Positions 45,208-59,399 of a stretch of DNA of 64,000 nt are shown here, one piece after another. The translations under genes and the position numbers were made by a program. The stretch lies in the NCBI GenBank assembly GCA_964016885.1, contig OZ024745.1:63860001-63924000 (forward strand), given 5' to 3'. How positions within the stretch are numbered: the first letter of the stretch is position 1; every line of letters begins with the position of its first letter. This DNA is from Eledone cirrhosa. Lineage: Eukaryota. Under the pieces are notes generated by a model, which was not told where the DNA came from, did no database searches, and saw nothing but the letters and a program-made list of their open reading frames with translations.

Positions 45208-47399
45208 TTATACCCTTTATTATTTCCTTACCTTATAAAATTATGTTTTTTCACAAAAAAGTATTCTGTCTCTTATATATTCCATGTGCCATTACCAACC
45301 TCAATTTTCTCTATAACCTTCGTTTTGTGTAGAAAATTACACTTTTCATATATATATATATATATATATACGCACATACGTATGTGCGTGTGTGACTGTG
45401 TATGTATGTTTGTATGTATGTATGTATATAGGAAGGTATACCAAATTTGACGATGCTGCTACAAATAGTAGCAAAATCTCCCTCGAAAAGAATTAAGCAT
45501 ATACCGTATATTGATTTCACAAATACAGTATTTCTGAAACATGTTTGACGTCTACTCCTGGAACGCCTTTGATTATTTATCTACTAAATTAGGGTTAACG
45601 TGCAGAACAGCTAGAAAACAAAATACATTTTGTTTTTGCACGTACCCATCATATCTTATCTCCTTTTCCTAAAATATATAGATTTGGGCTTAATAAAAGG
45701 CAGATATACCACAAATGTGGTATATCTGCCTGAACGATTCGGTGCCATTAACATTAATATAGTGGAAAAAGTCAGATTTTTCAAATGTGAGATCAATTTA
45801 TTTTCTTGTTATTGACAAAAGTCAAGTATGTAGTATCTATTACACTTTTGATCATTTATTGTAAGGATAATCTTATCAATTTATTACAAACGTATTGTCG
45901 TAACAGCGGAATAAAGAATATTTATGGGGTAAACTTATACTCGAAAGAATAAACATGAAACAATCGAAATTATTTGAAATTTATTATCGAAATTCGATCA
46001 GAATGAATGAAACACGTTGCTTTCATGTATTTAAATCTTTATCACCTTGGCTCTACTTATTTCAAGTTTTATTAGTGTTAATCACTGTAACACATGGAAA
46101 AATGAACTATCATATATTATACGTCAGTGGAATCCGAGAAAACAAGATATGGCCTGCCTCTTCAAATAGGTCATAATGAGGATAGGATTATTTTGTCGTA
46201 AGGAAAACAAGATGTCTAATAAGAAATGCTTACCAGAAGTTATGAATGAATAGCCTCTATACGGAGATTTAAAAAAAAACGAATATTAACGAAAATATGT
46301 TTCTTTCCTCTTCTCTCTGATCTTAACACCACCACCCTTTTATATTCTTCTCGATTATTTACTCAATTTACCTGCTTCATTTCCTTCCGCTTCCATTATT
46401 TTCCACATTTAATTCTTCTATTTTCTAGATTCTCACTATTTTCTAGAAGGAACGTTGCTTAATTTTTAGTGTGTTCGGCTCATGGTCGTGAGTTTGTTTC
46501 CCGGTGACACGGTGTGACCTTAAACAAGACACTTTATTTCACGTTGCTCCAGTCCACTCAAATGGCAAAAATGAGTTGTGTCTGTAGTTCAAATGGCCAT
46601 CATAGTCATATATTGTGTCACTCCGGATCTCTCTAAGTGTCTGTTAAATGACCAACGACTTCCGGGTTAATTTCCTGAGCAGGCTGTTCTGTTATGCAAA
46701 CTACAGGTAGATCGGTTATCGGAACAGACGAAGATCTAATACACTAGTAAATCTACAATACTTCTCCGGCAAATGATTCTCTTTAAAACGTTTGAATTTT
46801 CTTCTTCCTCGTCACAATATAATTCCTTCAGCTTTGCAAACTTTTCTATAATACAATTAATTGTGTATATATTTCGCTGTGTAGTATATTGTCTGAGTCA
46901 TTATTCGTTCCGGCTCACTGAGTTCTGAATTCAAATACGACCTACATCAGTTTTGCCTTTCATCCTTTCAAGGTCGATAGATAAATTGTCAATCTAATAT
47001 TGAGGTCAATTCCTCCTCTATCTCTCTTTCTTACACCCCTTTCTTGTTCTCCTCTATAGATTTATTTAGAAGTGTTCAGACCTATAGAGGAGGGGGCTCT
47101 TCCTACAACACACTGTATAGCACGACGACCCCATTATGAATTAAGGGTCAAAGTGAAGTGATATGTTTCTCCGCGTATGTGATTGTTTACGACGTAGAAA
47201 ATAAGAAATAGAAAATGATATCTAACCAAATACAAATTGAGAGCAAAGTTTGAGGGGTGAGAAGAATCAACCGAAAATTATAAGAGAAAATAGAATCATC
47301 GAATTTCACGTTTACTTTGAATTAATGACAGAAAAATAACCAACGAAACGAAGGAAGGAATATAATGCCACACGTAATTATTATTTTATTATTTATGTG

Positions 47400-48620
47400 T
47401 GTTGAGGGAATAATCTTTACATGGCCACTGATACTTGTGAGCTTAATACGTTTTGAGATTCTGGTTTAAGAAAATATATTACAGGGACAAGGTCTCGGAA
47501 TATTTCGGTTTTAGGTAGGAAGACAAGTAAGTGTTTAATGTAGTTCTTGCGGTGGGGAGATATAGTGGAAGTGATGAAAAGATGAGAGAAAGAAGCATCG
47601 AATGACTTTAATGAATTGTTAGTAGCTTGCTTGTTCAATGGAACTAAAATGCTATAGTATAGGGGGGAAAGCTATAGATATATAATAGTGGTTGCAGCCT
47701 GTTAATGAATGTCTTTGCTAATGTAGTTGATATCACATATTAAGAGTATGTACTTATGTGTGAAGAAACTGTGTTATCACAATTATATGCGCGTGATTCA
47801 GAAATTGTAAGCGAATGATAAACTGAAGAAGAGGAAGTGACACCTTTTGGGATATATTTTCCGTAATTCTATATATGTCTAGATATTTCCAGGTTAATCT
47901 TTCTGGCGAAGTTGAGGGTTTTGACTGTCTGTTATTCTTGGGTGGCGAGTGAGAAATAATATTTGTTGTGTTGTGATTGTGCATGGGTGAACGAAATTAT
48001 GTTGTAATATTCATCTTGGACGATGGTATCTCTTTGTCTTAAGACAATATAATTCTGGCGTGAGGCCCCCAGATAGCGAATGGGGTACAAGAGGATGATT
48101 TTCCACCGAGAAAAAAATTAAATGACAAGAGATGGTGATAAAAAAATTAAGAGTTTTAGGAGAGTGAAAATATCAAGCAGTAATGTAGAATAACTGGAAC
48201 ACACAGTTGTGTATGCCAGAAGGTTAATAATTTCGGTGTGGGCCGAGTGCGAGGGCTCGGAGGAATTATGGGCATTGACGTCACTGAGTATGATGACTGC
48301 AGATAGAGACGATTCGAGATTTATATCTGCAATGCAAATTAAGAAGTACTAAAACATCTGTCGCAAAGTTGATGGAGGTTTGAAAGTAATAGACACAGCA
48401 TTTAAAGAGTTGAAGAAAAGAAGCATTGAACCACGATAACAAAATAGTTTCCGGGTATTGGCGTAAGCGCAGACGTCATATTCAGGAAAAAAAACATTAC
48501 AGTAGGTTGAACAGCGGGGATGAGTTAGAGATAAGAATATTAGATGTACTTATCAGAGAAACAGTGAGGGTGTGTGCATGTTTTTATTTAACCCTGGGCT
48601 TTCCTGATCAAGATGAACGA
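47400..48620 (-). mobile_element. Highly decayed non-LTR RT relic
   Basis: Minus-strand remnants SPLFNLL (~48503-23), CIAD (~48325-36) and WKYL (~47879-93) in RT order. Confidence 0.4.
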
Positions 48621-49747
48621 TGATCAATGATGTTCCAACTATGGCCCTCCTGATTTACTGTTCGTTCGAATATAATATAAATATATAAAATGCATGGTTA
48701 ATGTTTCGCTGTGAATAGATTCTGTTTGACCTGACTTATAAAAATAGATGTTCCAGCTACGACTATCCCGTCTTTGTGAATATCAGCAACCAAATTGCTC
48801 AGTTTCTCTTTTGCTTGTAAAAGAGTATGGTGGGGTTTCAGAGAGATGTATGTTCAACTTTTAGCAGGTCAAGCAACCGAACCAAAGTTCTCTAATATAA
48901 AATATATATAGTAATATTATTAAACGATACAAGAAAGTGAATTGGCATAATGAGTACTGCATCAGAAATAATGTTGTGTACTATTTAGTTGCCTTGTTTC
49001 TTTGGTTATACCCTTTGTAGTGGGGTAAAAAAAAATAGTTTCCAGTCAAGTACGGTTAATATAATGTACCTAGCTTCACACTTTGGAATTTTACAGTGAT
49101 TCGCAAAATAGAAAGAGAGTCGAATAGATATATTGGGCAAGGTCGGGAATGTATGTATGGTTGAAAGGTTCGCTTCGCAATCAGCTGGCTACAATTCTAT
49201 TCACCTGCATAACATCTTGGGCAAGGATCTTCTAAAGGTTTGATTTGACCAATGTTTGAGTTGACCAATGTCTAGTGAGTGTACTTAGATAAACAGAAAT
49301 TGTTCAAAAGCACAAAGCACCTCGTATATAGTAACATATACGGACGCACACGCACACGTGAGTAGGGTTGGATGAAAGAGATAGATATCCAAAAATAGGT
49401 TTTGTCTATTCGACAATAAGTACTAGACTGGAAAATGTACTAAGTTCGATATGGTTGAATAAACGCCTAATGACGGAAGGTGAGAAATAAATGAATCCAT
49501 AAAATGCACTTAACGACGGAAATTAAAGTCCTGCTGAGATTTTACGTCTTTATGTCGCTGACATTCCTTTATATACATATAAGTATGTGTATTAAACAAA
49601 TATAAATCAAATATACTTCCTTGAAAATTTCCTTATTTATTTCCTGCTCTCTTGCCCTTTCCATCAATCTCTCACTTTCTCTTTCTCTCTATATCTCACT
49701 CTTTCTCTCTCTCCCTCTATCTATCTATCTATATATCTGTATGTATG

Positions 49748-49792
<45 letters not shown>

Positions 49793-49795
<3 letters not shown>

Positions 49796-51372
49796 TTAAT
49801 TATACTATTTATGGTTATGCAAATACAAAAACCTTTTGCAGTTATATATATTTTTATAAACCCTAAATAGTGGTAGGCAGTAATATATTACTACCTTATT
49901 ACCAGTAAGTTAAATAGCTCAATGTAAAAACATCAGATGATTTACAGAGCAGTTATATGAATTATAATAATCAAAGAACTGTTCAAAACATTTGTATGCT
50001 TACAACTGTTTCCTCCAAACCGAGGTTTGGATTCTTCGGAGCAATTTATTATTGAATGAACACTTATATGACCTCCTTTTCACCCAAGAGACATACATAT
50101 ATATATGCAAATATTGTAGGTCAACATTCATTATAGCATTTAGAGTGGCAGTACACACTTAGAGATTACATTCATATTAAAAGATACACTAAAAAATACA
50201 GGTTAAAATACAACATGAAATTAAGCGGTTATATAATGCAAAGGTTATGTGTGGCAAGCACGTGCGTCTTGTTTATATAGTGTGGCAGAGAGTTACGTGT
50301 AGTAGAAGCACTTATGCAGGTAATCGAGAGTGTTAAGGTTGTTGATCTGGTGATGAATTCTTTATATGATTGTTATAGTCTGTGCGTGGAGAAATAATAT
50401 AAGTATTAAAAATAGTGTAAGCATTAAAAATATTGGAAATGCGTAGCGAAGCGATGATATGGATTTCATGCACTGCAACATTTTCATAGTCTGGGGAGCG
50501 TATTTTTCAGATTATATGCCCCTCACATAATCCACGACGATTCGATCTTGGGCGTTTGACAATCCAGTTAGAGAATCGTATTCTGATGTTCTATAGCTCA
50601 ATACAGGAGGATGTTACGTTGCGAGAATCGACATCGAAATACTACCCGGAAGTGTGTTAGCCACACACACACACTTCCGGGTAGTATTTCGATGTCGATT
50701 CTCGCAACGTAACATCCTCCTGTATTGAGCTATAGAACATCAGAATACGATTCTCTAACTGGATTGTCAAACGCCCAAGATCGAATCGTCGTGGATTATG
50801 TGAGGGGCATATAATCTGAAAAATACGCTTCCCAGACTATGAAAATGTCGCAGTGCATGAAATCCATATCATCGCTTCGCTACGCATTTCCAATATTTTT
50901 AATGCTTACACTAGTTTTAATACTTATATTATTTCTCCACGCACAGACTATAACAATCATATAAAGAATTCATCACCAGATCAACAACCTTAACACTCTC
51001 GATTACCTGCATAAGTGCTTCTACTACACGTAACTCTCTGCCACACTATACAAACAAGACGCACGTGCTTGCCACACATAACCTTTGCACTATATAACCG
51101 CTTAATTTCATGTTGTATTTTAACCTGTATTTTTGATTGTATCTTTTAATATGAATGTAATCTCTAAGTGTGTACTGCCACTCTAAATGCTATAATGAAT
51201 GTTGACCCACAATATTTGCATATGTATCTGTATGTCTCTTGGGTGAAAAGGAGGTCATATAAGTGTTCATTCAATAATAAATTGCTCCGAAGAATCCAAA
51301 CCTCGGTTTGGAGGAAACAGTTGTAAGCATAAAAATGTTTTGAACAGTTCTTTGATTATTATAATTCATATA
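49793..51372. mobile_element. Non-coding element forming a ~700 bp-arm palindrome with a ~160 nt tail
   Basis: 49954-50657 is the reverse complement of 50668-51372 with ~10 nt spacer; HHR-like motif in each arm. Confidence 0.95.
51283..51329 (+). ncRNA. HHR-like motif with CCGAAGA (U4C) core (mirror copy 49997-50043, minus strand)
   Basis: TGCT-CCGAAGA-A-TCCAAACC-TC-GGTTTGGA-G-GAAA-CAGTTG-TA-AGCA. Confidence 0.7.
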
Positions 51373-51385
51373 TATATGTGTGTGT

Positions 51386-51417
<32 letters not shown>

Positions 51418-51511
51418 ATCACAAACATAAAAACATACATACGTGGAGAAACTCACTCACATAGAGAGTTCAAACCAAAACAACATTCTATTATCCTTTT
51501 CATCAATATGC

Positions 51512-51577
<66 letters not shown>

Positions 51578-51714
51578 ATACTTTCGCATAAAGATACTCA
51601 TAAGAAGTAAAAAGTAAAAAATAATCAATTATGTAAAGTATCTCCTTATGCATTCCTGACAGTATTTACGTCAGTATTACACACACACACACACATACAC
51701 ACACACATATATAC

Positions 51715-51798
<84 letters not shown>

Positions 51799-52295
51799 GT
51801 GTGGGTGTCTATATAACTGCATCTTTCTCATTATATATGTATATATATAGAGGGAGAGAGAGAGACATTCATGCAACCATCTATACATACATACATACAT
51901 ACATACATACATACATACATACATACATACATACATACATACATACATGTATAATACATACATACTTACATACATACACATGTATGTGCCTATATGCACG
52001 TGTTGGCGTGTCTATGCATATTCCCATACACACACACTTCTGTGTGTCACTGGGATTTCCATGCAGGCTCAGCATATTTGGGTCACATTTATTTAACCTT
52101 CCGTTTAAACTGTTCTCTTTGTGTAGAATATACATTCATAGGGTGCTCGTTGAAATTGCTTTCAGTTTGATTAAAGCTTCCCACGTGCTTTTCGACAAAT
52201 GGCTTTCCCTTCCAGCCAGAAAATCACATTAAAAGCGTGAGATATACATTATGGGTGTGGTGTTATTGGAAAGGGTTGAACCGAATAAGATATCC

Positions 52296-52403
<108 letters not shown>

Positions 52404-53975
52404 GTATGTATGTGCGCATGTATATATATATTTATTTATTTTATTTTATTATATACACTAAAATATTAAATCAAGTCATGAAAATGTATACCAAGTTATA
52501 TCTAATCTACATCAAGAAGTGGCCTATTTTTCAATATCATCTGATCATACTATGGTAAAAATCGAATTTTTTTACCGCACCACAGATTAATAGCGGGAAG
52601 GTAGAAACAGGTAAACTGAAATTTTATCACGCTTAAATGAATACAGCCTTGGTTTCAACGTAACATATTTCAGTTGATAGATCAACGGATGTATCATGTT
52701 TTTGAATTACCGTATTTGAAGTCAATTACAGTAGTATCTTATTAGTAGGTTAATTACCCTGGTATCCGTTAATGTAAATTCAGTTAGAACCAACCTGCCA
52801 CTTTGTGTGATATGTATGGGCTTCTGACTTTGAGTTACAGGTGCATTTCTTCCAAAAGACGTATGCACAATTTCCACTCACAACATTTACTGACATGGTA
52901 TAGTCCAATCCAATCCTGTAGAAGAGTACACGTATCTATAGTGTGATGCAGAGACTCAAATGCGAACTTCTTGGCATTTGACCAAGCTTGCACAAATGTT
53001 CTGTTATAGAAACTCACCAAGATTCGATTGCGTAAATTACTCTTGTCATTGAGATATCCGATTCTAGGTTCATTTGCACCTAGTAAACATAGAGGCATAA
53101 TATAATCGATTAGGTTCTTCCAGGAGTTTGACACAAAAAGTTTTTTTTTGGGGGGGGGGGGGGGGGGTTTACTAATAAAGGAGTTTTTGAAATATTCCGA
53201 AGCCTCTATTAGTAAAACACCCTTCCACCGCGCCATGGGTTGATTTATACTATTGAGGCTACCTATACAGTTTATGTTGGGAAACTCTTTCTGCTATTGT
53301 CGGCGTCATTTTCAGCTATTTTAAACAAATAACAATATAAATAACCAACAGACAACAATGGCATAAACGAATAAAACAGTGCTTCAGTTCACCTTTTTAT
53401 CGACATCATGTATATATATATGTATATATATATATATATATGTGTGTGTATATATATATATAGTGATAATCTGCGGTACTGGCATCGGGTTGACAACAAA
53501 GCAAAGTGGTACTCGACACATGGTATGATGCAATGTGTGTATATTAGTAAATGTACAGGATCAGGTTTTACATTGGAGTTTTCTTTCTCCTAGTAGATCA
53601 CTAACCGAGGTTACAGCGCTTTAAACCGCTTCCTTAAAAAACTAAAGCATAAAAGATAAAAACAAAGCTTAAAATGATAAAAAGTAAAAAATATTAAAAT
53701 GGATTTTTAAATATGGGCAATATAAAAAATATACCCATAAATATATATAAAAATACATGTTTGTTTGGATGGCCGTTGACTCCCCTTGGTTCATCCGCCC
53801 TTTGTCGTGTTTTGTTTTTGTCCCGCAGGATGTCCAAATCAAACTCTTCACCAAACAGTTTAGTCACCTACGACCCAGCCATGCAGCAGATTGTACGAGT
53901 TTACATTTTACCAGAAGCGCACAAAAGCGACCTGACATACATACATACATATATACATGCATGCCTACATACATG

Positions 53976-54083
<108 letters not shown>

Positions 54084-54611
54084 TATATATATATATATAT
54101 ATATACAAAACATAAATACATACATCATGATGATGATGATGATGATGGCTCCAATCAATTTCGAGTAATACCATCGATTGATACTTAAGTATGAACAACA
54201 TGGACGTGGCTTTTTAGTCCTTTTAGGGGCTTGCCTATGGCCAGAAATACCATGCATCACAATACCATGTCACATATCAAGCGATGCACCTTTTTTAAGT
54301 GAGGAAAGAATTTGCACGGTGCCAATCCCACTCACTGATCATCGAATGCATTTGCCCAAAAAGAAGAACTAGTCTACATCATTGGATGCAAACGATGTCC
54401 CAGGATTTATATCAGAGTGACCTTCTGCTAAATCTTGCTTGTTGAGGAGGGTGATTTTGGACATCCAGCGGGAAGGAAAACAAAACCCGTCAAAGGGCGG
54501 ATGAACTCAAGAGAATCAACGGCTATCCAATAATTCTTTTTTTTTTTTTGAGGAGCGAGAGATTCCTAGTCTTCATTAAATACATACATACACACATACA
54601 TACATGCATAC

Positions 54612-55522
54612 ATGATTATGGCTACTCCCTCTATAGAACAGGAAATTAACACGAAATACCCGATTGGATGCAGGCAAAACACCTAGATGTGATAACAAGT
54701 GCAGACTTTGCAGAATTAACATCCGAGATGTGACCCATGTCATCAGCAGCTGTCCAAAGATGTCATCGCGCTACTATCTACCTATGAGGCATGATGTAGT
54801 GGCCAAAACACTGTACGATGCAATCCGTAGAAAAGATAGCCCCGATAATAAACATTAAAAATTATAGATATGTGGAAGACATACACATACATAATATGAA
54901 AGAGTACTGGTGGAATGTTCCAGTAAAAACCCAAATAAAATGTAGGCATAACAGACCAGACATTATGATATGGGACAGGGAAAAGAAAGCATGCACAGTA
55001 GTGGAAATTAGCTGCCCAGCAGATGCCAATATAATATCAAAGATTAGCGAAAAGGAGAATATTTATGCAGAACTGGTGAGAAATCTGCAGATACTCCACC
55101 TTGATTACACCTTCAAATTCATGCCTGTGATTATTGGAACACTGGGGTATGTTAGTAACTGCCTCAATACAAATCTTGAGAAACTAGGCTTCACAGGAAC
55201 AGAAAGAACACAACTAGTTAGGAAATTACAAGTACAATCCATTAATGGAACAGTAAAAATATGTAAAACATTCCAAACATTTTGCATCTAATAACTGCAT
55301 ATACACATGTACAGATACAAAGCATATACACATGCACACATACAACTCAAAACATACACATCCACATTTATAGTAACATCCATATCTACACATGCAGGCA
55401 TGCATACATAATCTACCTAGTTGATGTTGTGTAAATTCCAATGAGAGAGTCTTGTGTCTATGTTAGAAACAGACTCTCTCTCTCTATTGGTAAAGATTTG
55501 TGAAATTATAAAACCAGAAGAA
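54612..55522 (+). mobile_element. 3' end of an RLE-type non-LTR retrotransposon (R4/Dong-like) in (TACA)n
   Basis: CRLC..H....C zinc knuckle, RHD, RPDIMIWD...VVEISCP (PD-(D/E)XK-type); frameshift near 54855; (TACA)n on both sides. Confidence 0.9.
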
Positions 55523-55808
55523 CATACATACATACATACATACACACACACATAAATACATACATACATAAATATATACATACATATAGCAATGTCAGCA
55601 ACGAAAATCAGTGTTAGCCAACACGGAACTTAATTAAAAACTTATAAGGTAACGCCAGTGTGAAATACACGAAAAAGTCTCATCAAATTCCAGATAGAGA
55701 GAAAAGATTTTTTTTAAAGGTGCAGTTACCAGGAAATCCGCGTTGTGCTATGGACAGGTGTGTATGGGTGTGTTTATGCCAGCCCGAGGGTGTGTATGCA
55801 ATAATAAT

Positions 55809-55997
55809 TGTTTCTACTTTTGGCACAAGGCCAGCAATTACACAGTACATTACTGGTATTTTATTTTATCGACCTCGTAAGGATGACAGGCAAAGTTAAC
55901 CTCGACTGGATTTGAACTCAGATCATAAAGGGCCATAACTCTTTGCTGCAAAGCATGGCGTCCAACCATTTACTGATACTGCCAATCCACCGCCCTA
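55809..55997 (-). mobile_element. SINE family A, complete, with 16 bp TSD
   Basis: TSD TGTATGCAATAATAAT at 55793-808 and 55998-56013; B box GAGTTCAAATCC on the minus strand. Confidence 0.92.
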
Positions 55998-57599
55998 TGT
56001 ATGCAATAATAATGGCAGCGACGGGGTCTATCAGTGGTGTTGTGTAGATGTGTGGTTAAGGTATGAGTGTATATGCCAATTCAAAGAGTCTAACTTTATG
56101 TGTGAGTGTATATATATATATGTGCATTTGTGTGTGCCCATATGTGTGTACAATACATTGCGTCCGGAACCTGAGCGTGTGTTTCTGTCTCTGTGTTGTC
56201 TATGTTTGTATATAATGAAATAATTATGTCTATATTTATATACATACATATATATAGAGAGATAGTGTGTGTAAAGCAGATGTACAGCACCGTTGGCCGA
56301 GGATATTTTAGAACATTTGCATCTCCTCAGCTACTTAAATTAAATTTGTTTTCCGTGAATTCTAAAAAATTTAATTTAGAACGCGTTTGGGAGATCGTAG
56401 AGTTCGTTTGACAAACGCACAAGACCTCCAATAGAATTACTTTTATAGGGAGTAATTTCTTATATCTCAATGCATTATGTTAATAAATCAACTATCACTT
56501 CTTAATAAAACAACATTTCTGTGGAATATCTCCGAGTAATTCATTTCCACATAGAAATGCATTCAATATACAGCATTTTAACTACCCTATATTTCCTTTT
56601 CAGATTGTGAAGAAGCAGAAAATGAACTCTTTGCGTTGTTTCTATTTTTAGGATATATTATTCATAGTATGAATAGGGAAAGGTTTTAGTGTGCACTATC
56701 GATGTACAATTTAACTAATAAAAAAAGAATTATTTACGTCATGTGTCAACAGTTCGAATGCTACGTGAACTGTAACTAATTTGTTCAGCGTAACGTTGAA
56801 AAGGAGGTATGTATTTCAATGTGAACGTAAATTAAAATAAAGAAATACATCTTAAAATAGACTATTGTATAGTTCTGTGCCACATTTAGACAATGCAAAA
56901 TTGAGGGTATTTCTAGCATGGTCGTTATGCACGTAAGAAATAATAGAAAAATCCTCCCTTAGTGACACTAATGTCTTTAAAAACACTACGGTCTTTAAAT
57001 AGGAAAAGACACGTTTGGTAATGATATATCTAATATACTGAAACAATTCTAATATTTTTCTGCACAATTATGGCTGATTAATACAAAGTGGAATCAGTAT
57101 CATAACAAAAACAAAATAATAAAAACTCGGCCTTGATCGAATAGACCTTATGATCAAAGGTTCTCCAATCGTGCCCACCAGTTTTTTCTCGAAGCAGTTT
57201 GTACTCAGGACAATGATATCTAGTATCTTATTTTTATACGTATTTTAGGCAGATTTTGCTGCCCTTTAAATTATGTCAATCCAACGCCTAAAGGCTATCT
57301 AGATGGATAGGGCAAGCATATTAGCAATTGAATTCTTTACCTGTCTACAACAATGTGAGAAACTCTCAGGAGAGCTGGCCAGCAGATGGCCTTCAGATTA
57401 AAACCCACCTCAAGCGAGAGTTTCTGCCCTCAACGTTTGTTTATATTAACTTTACAGTTACAACAATTATATCGTATATTATACATAGCGTACTAACGTG
57501 TTGGGGTGCAATAAAATTAATAAATCAATAAAGATACAATAATAAGTATGTAACAGTAAGTAACAATATTAATAGATACCAGCAAAAAACTAATAAGCG

Positions 57600-58740
57600 T
57601 TCCTCCAATAGTACAACTGCAAAGAGTGATTCGTCGTACACTGCTCTCAATACACTTTACAGCAAAACCATGTGCCTGATTCCAGTTCTAAATTTTAGCC
57701 AGACCAATTTCGATCACATTTCATTAGATGCATTTTAACGAGTACCCTCTTCTCTATCTTTATCTTCTTGTTCAATTGTTAGTCAAATAGGTTGTTGGGT
57801 GCTTGGATTGAGAGGAAAACACATCAACCCATTCAACTGCGTCCATCACACCATTCACAAGATTAATCGCTCTTCCGTGCCAGAGTGAGCAGGTTGATCT
57901 TGAATATAGTCTCGGCCAATAACTAAATTTTTCTTACACGTGACACAATATTTCAAACCAGAATTCCCCGGTAACTAAATGAATGCATTCAAGCTACTTT
58001 CAGTGCGTTGTAAACATCTCGGTGTGATTCGTTTGCTGGCATACTATACTTTTTCAATCTGTTCCAAACAAATAACGCTCCATCCTCTCTAGCATTACCA
58101 AAAGAGACTGTTCAAACCCTCTCCGATGGTTAAAACTGTTCCTAGGCCATCGTAACACATATGCTCTACTAAACCTCTATAACGTACGAGAATTAACTTT
58201 CTACTGATTGCAATGACCAACCTGTAGATGATAGTGAGTACGTGGTGACATTCTAAATAACAAACACGAGACATTCATCTATGTATGAGCTTCGAATAGA
58301 CGCGTCACATGAAAGAGGGCCATACCTGATTGCCACCTTTGTTGTCACTGTAGTCCAGTGCGTCAGCCTCAATGCATGCCATATCAAATGGTCATATATC
58401 ATACCAACAGGATGATGCTTCCTCCTCCCAGCTCATTTCTGTGTGAGTGGCCAACCTGATCACGATATTTTCCCTGTTTTTCTGTTCTGAACGAGACTGC
58501 GAAAACATTAACTGGTATCTCGATCCAGGGACAGGGATTTGGTTCTTCGTCTAGTGAATTGGAATCACACTAAATTATTCCGGTGCACTACAAGTACGTA
58601 AGCTACCGCTTTGTCATCTGAAGTGTCAGCCAATATGGTGATGAAGTCGTTTGCGTATGCTACTACGCTCTCATATTTCCTGATTTTAGAGCAACACACC
58701 TCAATTCTTCTAGCCTCCAGTAGAGTGGTTCAAACGCCAA
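57600..58740 (-). mobile_element. Possible decayed non-LTR RT relic
   Basis: Minus-strand VVAYANDFITI (~58635-67) resembles the YADD motif; raised GC. Confidence 0.35.
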
Positions 58741-59399
58741 AATGTACACAAAAATAAAAATGGGGCAACTTTGACTGTGCGAGCGTGCGATTCAATGCAA
58801 TTCCAAGTATTTCGCTAAATCTAATTAAACAACTAAGAAAACGAATACATTACTAAACCATCAATACTGAACATAAAATAAACATAAAAAGGGAAATCAT
58901 TCAGAACCTTAATTTCGAAGATAGACATAACACATGCAAAACAAAATATATATCAAAACACAAGATCAAACTTTAAAATATCTAAAAAAAAGCTTTCTAC
59001 AATAACAGATGCAAAATATCTAAAAGGTATAAGTAAAAGGAAGTATAAAGAATGTGTAAGATTAACCAATTCTAAAGATGGTTAGCATTCAGGCGGCTAT
59101 AATCTAAATATGGAAAATATTTTAAAATATAAATGAGTAGATCTTCATATGAACCGAGCAATGAAAATACCTCCCAAATCTAAACCTCAGTTACAAAATA
59201 GCTACCACAAACGCAGATATGTCTATACAATAAAAGAAAGGAAAATATATCTCAATCATTAATGACATGAGTATTGAAAATACACAACCGAATCATAGTA
59301 ATGACATAATCGAAAAATGAACTCATATAATGAACGTATATAACAATTAAAAACGCTATATCTAAATCAAATAACGTCTTAACAAGTGCTCCGTGACGT

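Noticed and set aside
52835-53236. 133 aa minus-strand ORF
   Set aside because: Crosses homopolymer runs and has no recognisable motif; cannot be supported without a search
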